Of a stretch of DNA of 64,000 nt, positions 57,712-64,000 are shown piece after piece. The stretch comes from Phyllobates terribilis (Eukaryota). The notes below the pieces were generated by a model. It saw only the letters and a list, made by a program, of their open reading frames with translations. It searched no databases and was not told the DNA's origin. The stretch is taken from positions 459,358,001 through 459,422,000 of the forward strand of contig NW_027362771.1 in NCBI RefSeq assembly GCF_046119375.1, read 5' to 3'. A program made the position numbers and the translations under genes. How positions within the stretch are numbered: the first letter of the stretch is position 1; the number at the start of each line of letters is the position of its first letter.

Positions 57712-58864
57712 GCTGTTATGCACACGCCCGGACTGACTGGCGTGTGCGGTTGTAGTGGTTCCACTGGACCATGAACCGGAGAGTGCCTGGAGGGGCGTAA
57801 CTAAGTATCTGGCCGATCCGACCAAGATGGCACGACGGCATACGACGCCAGTGCACCAGGGAGAAACCGGGCAGAGGGACCAGGTGCTACTCCAGGTCAA
57901 ACTCCGGACACGGGGGTTGACCCACACAGGGGAATACAGGAACAGGCTGGTAGGCTGGCACACAGACTGGTGGGTATAGGCAGGCACGACTGGTATGCAG
58001 GCAGGCGGGTATGCAGGCAGGGGGGTAAAGACAAGCACAGCTAGAGTGCAGACAGGGAGGCACTAGCAGGTAGGAACACAGGCGGGATAGGACCCAGTAC
58101 ACACCGGGACTCAGGAACAATACAGGCAGAGGGTTACAGGCAAGCACAGCTAGAGTGCAGACAGGGAGGCACTAGCAGGTAGGAACACAGGCGGGATAGG
58201 ACCCAGTACACACCGGGACTCAGGAACAATACAGGCAGAGGGTTACAGGCAAGCACAGCTAGAGTGCAGACAAGGCTGAGCAGGGAGGACAGGGCTCTGT
58301 TCACACGGAACAGACAGGAAGGGAAAGACAGAGCCAGATACTCACACAGTACTTGCAGAGACAACAAGCAGGAGTTAGGTACGAGTTCAGACTCTGCAGA
58401 AAAAGGAAGGGAACGGACATAGAGGCAAAACAGGTAAAGGACAGGAGAGAGTTCAGACTGGAACTGAGTGTACGGAGGAGACCGACACTGCAGAGGGATA
58501 CAGGAGCGGGTCTGGGAATACGGCCCCCAGAGAGGCGGAACGAACAGGCAAGGAGCGTGTTCAGACAGGACAGACCAGACACAGGAGCGGGTCTAGGAAA
58601 TCGGCCACTAGAAGGCGAGAGGAACAGGCTAGGAGCGTGTTCAGACAGGACAGACAAGAGAACACAGAAAGGAGTCAGTTCAGACACGGGAGCTGATACC
58701 GCAAAGCAGGAGACATACAGGACTCAGTTCAGACACGGGAGCTGATACCGCAAAGCAGGAGACATACAGGACTCAGTTCAGACACGGGAACTGATACAAA
58801 AAGCAGGAGACAAGAGACGGGACCTGGCACCTTCAGAGTGCAAGCACACACTGAAGGAAACACT

Positions 58865-58904
58865 ATGCTCAGGCCGTGATAGAAGGGAGCTGCTGAGCTA
58901 TATA
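58865..58904 (-). promoter_or_regulatory. LTR promoter: TATA box and predicted start site
   Basis: TATATA at 58904-58899; the self-primer sequence begins 29 nt downstream at 58875. Confidence 0.7.
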
Positions 58905-59524
58905 CCAAGTGACAGACAGCAATAGGCTGAGGACGCACAAGGGGTGTGACCCACAGCAGGTACAAAAGGCAGGAAGTGATCGGGCGCCGCCCTTAAGCAG
59001 CAGAAACAGACACAAACAGACAGCATGGAGGGAAGCCAGAGAGACATTCTGGACAGGAGATCAAGTGCGCCCTCTTGCACAGTGGGAGATGGACCACCAT
59101 GCAAGGACGCCGCCAGGTATGTTACAGTTATAACACCTACACTTTCCCTTGAACGTTGAGATATACCTATGTATTAGTTGAGAGGCGTCTTGATAGATTC
59201 ATCTTATTTAGGGATAGAAAGGGACTTTAGGGCTAGCCGCCGAGGAGCGGGGGAGCCACTATGTTCCCCCTAGGGTGCCAACCTCCGCTTCTAGGAACGG
59301 TAAGTTTAGTTACAGTCTAGGATATCAGTGAGGCCTATATATGACAATCAGGTTTGGTTTTATCATTTTTTTTTCTGTGTGTTGTTTGTTTTTGTGCTTC
59401 ACTTTTTTCGGTCAAGGTGGTCTTGACATTTTAGTAAATCAATAAAAGGTTTTATTTAAGGTCTTTATATGATTTATGTAGCTATTGTGACCTTTGATAC
59501 ATTATATTTTCCAAATATAAAGAA

Positions 59525-59805
59525 TAGTGTTGAGCGAGTATGTTCTGTCCGAGTATGCTCAGGCCGAGCTCCGAGTATTTATAGCTGCTCGGTGATATGG
59601 TTGAATCGCTCCCGTGTGCATGATTTGCAGCTGTTTGACAGTTTTATTACATGTGAGGAATGTGTAAGAAATAGACATTCCTCACATGTTGCAAATCATG
59701 CACACGAGAGCGATTCAACCATATCACCGAGCAGCTATAAATACTCGGAGCTCGGCCCGAGCATACTCGGCGAAAGGGTTAATAGAACATACTTGCTCAA
59801 CACTA
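59525..59805. mobile_element. hAT-type MITE
   Basis: TIR TAGTGTTGAGC / GCTCAACACTA; perfect 8-bp TSD ATAAAGAA. Confidence 0.9.
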
Positions 59806-62199
59806 ATAAAGAAGCAATGGGTTAATAACAATCTGTGAAAATATTATCCTTTTTTGGTGCAGTTACAGGTTTATTTACCCTGTACAGGGTTACAGGCAGT
59901 GTTACAGTATAGAGATAGAACACAATTCTGTTTGACATGAATAAGGCATAACCTACCGAAACATGTAGGCCAGTTCAGTGGTTGCTGTATTTTTTACACC
60001 TTTTTTTTAACCAAAATGGAATAAACATTAATGAATAACTGTCATTTTTTTCATAAATCAATAGTAAACATGAAAATAAGAAACTTTGTTATGTATATTA
60101 TTAGAGAAATCTCCCTCTTTGTCCTCCTTGACTGATTTTTAATTCTCAAAATTCTCAGTTTATGGGTGAAATCTGGCTTCAGTGAATACAGTTTTTCTCA
60201 TTATGAAGATAGAATATGACAGTTGATGCTAAAGTTATGAGAACTGTAACTGTCGTTTCAGGAGAACAAGCAGCTAAATATCTGTGTCTGCCTCTAGCTC
60301 CGACCTTCTCCACAGAATTTTAATTTTTAAAAGCACAAACTGTCATGTCCTATCTCTGTAATGGGAAAGTCTGTATTCATTAAATACAGATTTTTACAGA
60401 TATTACACAAGTTTATCTGATAAGATATATTACAAAGTTGGTTATTTTCACGTGCAAAAATATTGATTATGGAATAAAAATTAAAACGATAGTTACTCTT
60501 TAAGTCTTATAGGATTGTCTCTGCATTGCAGGACTCTTTCTAAGTTTGGGGTTGAAAAGGCTGCGGATCAAGGCAGATGTCTGTGCAAGCGGTCAGTAGT
60601 ACGCAAGACAATAGCGGTGACCTGACTTTTGGCAAATGTATTATAAATCACAATGGACAAGCCAGAGATGTGTGTGGAGGTTAACAGTAATTGCACATTA
60701 TAGAATATGATGATACAAGAAGATATCTGGCTGTGTAGAGTCAGCACTGGCATCCCAACTGCAGCAGTACACTATAGCTATAGAAGACATTAGAGAGGCA
60801 GAAGATGTGTGGTTTTCTATCAACAGCTGCAGTGCAATCAGCCACACAGTATAGAATATCCTTTGAAACATATTTTGTTGACTTGCTGCTTTCTAGTACA
60901 TGAAGAATTAAATAAATACTGCCAAAAACTGCTAAACCTGTCTAAATATGTGTGTTGTGTAATGTAGGTGCAATAAAATACTCATTGATTGTCATAGTCT
61001 TTGGTTTCCAGCCGTGCTAGTTCTCTTCTCACTCACATGAATGAAATTCCAACTTGCCGAATTACACTAGAATTTATGTGTGAGCACTTTTGCAATATAA
61101 GTCTATGGAGTTTCAAAATGAGACTCCATAGGTTTGCATTGTAAAAGCAACTTACAGCTCACACATTAATCGCAGTCAGGTCCGTGAGTCAGAATTTCAG
61201 TCACGTAAGTGAGAAGATTAACAGAGAGGTGCTGGTGCAGCGCACAGTTTATGATTTGATTTATGCAGATTGGCCAAAAAATATAAAAAAAATGGATAGC
61301 GCATTTCAAACACTGCTGAAGAATCACATAGCGGGCTAATGGCATCAGGCGTGGCCAGGCAGGCTTTCCATAATGCCCTGTAGCTATCACATCACATAGT
61401 CTAGCACAGCCAATTGGGGGGACTATCACAGCCTTTATAAAAGATGGGGGCCGGCCAAGCAGCGCCATTTTATACTTTTACAGTGTAGCTCATTTCATAT
61501 AGTGTAATGCAGCGGCTTGCGGCATTACAGTAATGGTCCAGGATGTGTTTTGGCAGACCATGTACCTCCCCCAGGTGACTGGTCACATGACTGTGACATC
61601 GCACAGGTCCTGTGCACACAGAAGGTATGATCACATGACTGTGACATCAGCACAGATCCTGTGTGTGCACTAGAGGATAGATAAACCCTGATAGTTTGGA
61701 GCCAGGGTGTGAAAGGCGTGAGGCCTGTTCACTGTGTGGGACACCGTTAGAGTGTGAGGCCTAGTGAGGCCTAGTGAAGCCTGGTGAAGCCTGAAAGGCA
61801 GAGGCTGGATCCTTATGTGTAAGCGATGCCAGTAGCCTTTGAAGGTACGAGGGCTGGAGACCCCAATCTGGGAAGCCGTAAAGCCACAGCTGTGGCAGAA
61901 CAAACCTGAAGCAGATAAAACCTGGCAAAGGTAAAAACACTGATTGATGTGGATATTTATATTGTTACCTTGCTGAAGGCTGTATCTGGAGCCAAGTGGA
62001 CATATCTGCCACTGGAAAGGCTCTTGGACATTATATGTGTAATATGTTGGCGAGCCACTGAGATGGACTCGGTTATAAGCAGTTATGAAGAGTAATAAAC
62101 TGCTGGATTGTGAAATACTGGAAAACATGGCTGGTGTGCTTTAATTGACCCGGTGACGCGAGTGTCCCCCCAGTATGATGACTAGCGCTGCCTTACATG

Positions 62200-62218
62200 T
62201 GGTTGGAGAATGCGGGCA
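62200..62218 (+). other. Primer-binding site, tRNA-Ala(AGC)
   Basis: TGGTTGGAGAATGCGGGCA versus expected TGGTGGAGAATGCGGGCA (complement of recalled ...TGCCCGCATTCTCCA-CCA); one extra T. Confidence 0.8.
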
Positions 62219-62517
62219 ACTGCAGCCTGGTTGCTAGGGGCAACTACAGCCTGGTTGCTAGGGGTAACGGCACAGGACGACGAGTGTGGATACAAGCATC
62301 TTGCTGTGGCTCAGCGGGGTCACGAAGATTAAAGCATCTTGCTGTAACTCGGCGGGGTTACGAAAATTGTCTTTGCACTCAAACTTGGTTTGCTGTAACT
62401 CGGCGGGGTTACGAAAATTGTCCTCGCACTCAAACCTGGTTTGCTGTCACTCGGCGGGGCCACGAAAATTTTCCGGGGAGAACGGTGTGAAGGGTCTAGT
62501 GTGAATAGTGTACCGCG

Positions 62518-63217
62518 ATGGCTGTGAACGGAGCAGCAAAAGAACATGAAGCTATTGAGCGATTAAAGTGCCAGTTAAAACCGCAGCAGGTATTTGAGAA
62601 ACGTCTACAGGACATGGTGCAGGAACAGCAGGAGCTGTGGTCACCGTATGGAATGGCAGCAGTGAACCATTCTGTGAACTCTCCGGGGGCGCCAGTATTG
62701 TCCCAGAGTGCCCGGGTCCTAAGACTATTGCTGATTTTTTTTGTAAAAATTCCCCTACTGGTGTGGTTGTTCAAAGGGGGCGGAGTCTAAAAAAGGGGCG
62801 GATTTCCACAAGAGCGTGGAGTATAGAAAACCAAAATTTGTTACTGGTTGTGGGTTGGTACCGCCTAAAAATGACAATTTGACCGTTGATAACGGGATAG
62901 CTCCAGTAGAAGGGGTTGACGTGAAGGTGGGAGGTGACTTGTTGGTCCACGAAACCATGGGGAGTGACACAGACCCCGTAGCTGACAGTGACACTACCAA
63001 AGTAGAACGAGAGTTCAGTCAGGAGGAGCTAGATGAGGAGAGAAAGTCCCCCTCTCGTCATCGACGGCGCAAGGGCCACAAAAAGGTTGCTCCTGTAGTC
63101 TTTGCTTCAAGTGAAAATAAAGAAAATGTAGTACTGTGTGCCTTTGTTTCAAGTGTGGATCCTCCTTTAGAGGCAGAAGAGGAGGTGATGTGGCCAGTAG
63201 CAACCTCCGGTACAGTA
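62518..63217 (+). pseudogene. Element-derived ORF N-terminal region (gag position), frameshifted
   Basis: ATG at 62518 after the leader. Three overlapping frames (62518, 62637, 62816) are linked by probable frameshifts in homopolymer runs. No motif recognised. Confidence 0.5.
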
Positions 63218-63949
63218 CTGAGACAGAAGGATCAGGATCTGACAGCCCTGAAAGAGGAGGTGGCCAGTCATGACCAAGAGCTGGAGCCTATCAGGCAGCA
63301 GTGTCAGAGTGATGTGCAGCAACTATGGGAAAACCTGGAGAACGTGTCCTCAGACCAGCGGCGCCTGGAGTCTGAACGGCAGAAAATATACCAGGTTGTG
63401 AGGAACTTACAGCGAGACCTGGAGGGAAGCAACGAGGAAATTAACCAATGGAAGGAAATGTTCCAGGAAATTAAAGAGGACCGCCGCAAAACCAAGGAGG
63501 AGGTTTTGCAGTTGAAGCTTGAGAAGGAGGCGTTGCAGGATGAAGTTTCTGGATGTGAGCAAAATCTAGAATGACTGCGCGAACAGTTCAACCGGGAGCT
63601 GTGTGAATCCAAGAAGAAATATGGTGAACGCAGTGGGGAACTGCAACAAATTAAGAGAGACTATGAGGATCTCCTCAGTGTTAAAGAAAAACTAGAGGAT
63701 GATAAGGCGGATGCAGAGCACATGTGCCAAGTGGTTGAGACCACTCTGCAGGACAACCGTGATGAAAATGATGATCTCCACAGAAAGACCCTAGGTCTGG
63801 AAGCTCAGGTGAAGGAGCTGCAGACGTTCTGTGATAATCACCAGAGGGCAGAGTTGTGCCTTAAGGAAAGAATCAGCAAGATGGAAGCTGAGCGGAAACA
63901 GATGGAGGAGTCTATCGGAGAAGCCACAGACCACGGCCAGGAGTTGGCC
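63218..63949 (+). pseudogene. cgn: Processed (intronless) cingulin coiled-coil rod fragment within the LTR element; one in-frame TGA at 63572-74
   Basis: [102 protein letters not shown]. These are colinear with vertebrate cingulin as recalled ([66 protein letters not shown]). Confidence 0.85.
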
Positions 63950-64000
63950 ACTGGAGATGGGAGGTATGAAACAGATACCTCCTCGAATAATACGAGCTCG

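Larger units (their letters stand above)
54477..59126 (-). mobile_element. Non-autonomous Tf1/sushi-group LTR retrotransposon (4650 bp, no pol)
   Basis: LTRs 54477-55896 (1420 bp) and 57714-59126 (1413 bp), TG...CA ends, 5-bp TSD GTTAT, PPT AAGGGGGGAGG (~55901-55911), single gag-like ORF. Confidence 0.93.
61503..64000 (+). mobile_element. 5' part of an LTR retroelement carrying a cingulin-derived segment (continues beyond window)
   Basis: 695-bp LTR 61503-62197 with terminal IR TGTAATGCAGCG / CGCTGCCTTACA (11/12), PBS, repeat-rich leader, degenerate ORF from 62518. Confidence 0.85.

Noticed and set aside
62816-63574. The authentic host cingulin gene
   Set aside because: Intronless, limited to part of the rod, contains a stop codon, lacks the head domain, and sits behind an LTR and PBS.

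Overview
Eukaryotic, transposon-saturated DNA, most likely a frog (anuran) genome. That assignment is inferred from the TTAA-flanked T2/Kolobok MITEs, Harbinger/hAT MITEs, PGBD4-like piggyBacs and CR1s. I found no prokaryotic genes, rRNA/tRNA genes or CRISPR arrays. Main content: (1) a young full-length Ty3/Gypsy LTR retrotransposon (17667-25519, minus) with a tRNA-Ser PBS and a gag-pol -1 frameshift signal, but damaged RNase H and integrase; (2) a 3.5-kb internally deleted relative of it (32076-35532); (3) a full-length CR1 LINE with both ORFs open and four 128-bp 5' monomers (49729-54423); (4) a pol-less Tf1/sushi-type LTR element (54477-59126, minus) with an 11-nt self-priming signature and a single 634-aa ORF made of a Gag capsid domain plus acidic repeats; (5) the 5' part of another LTR element (61503 to window end) whose ORF contains an intronless, in-frame fragment of the tight-junction gene cingulin, the most striking observation; (6) decayed Tc1, mariner, piggyBac and LINE copies, many MITEs, and a few low-confidence candidate host exons. 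All protein-family assignments come from motif recognition by eye and from memory; no database searches were run.
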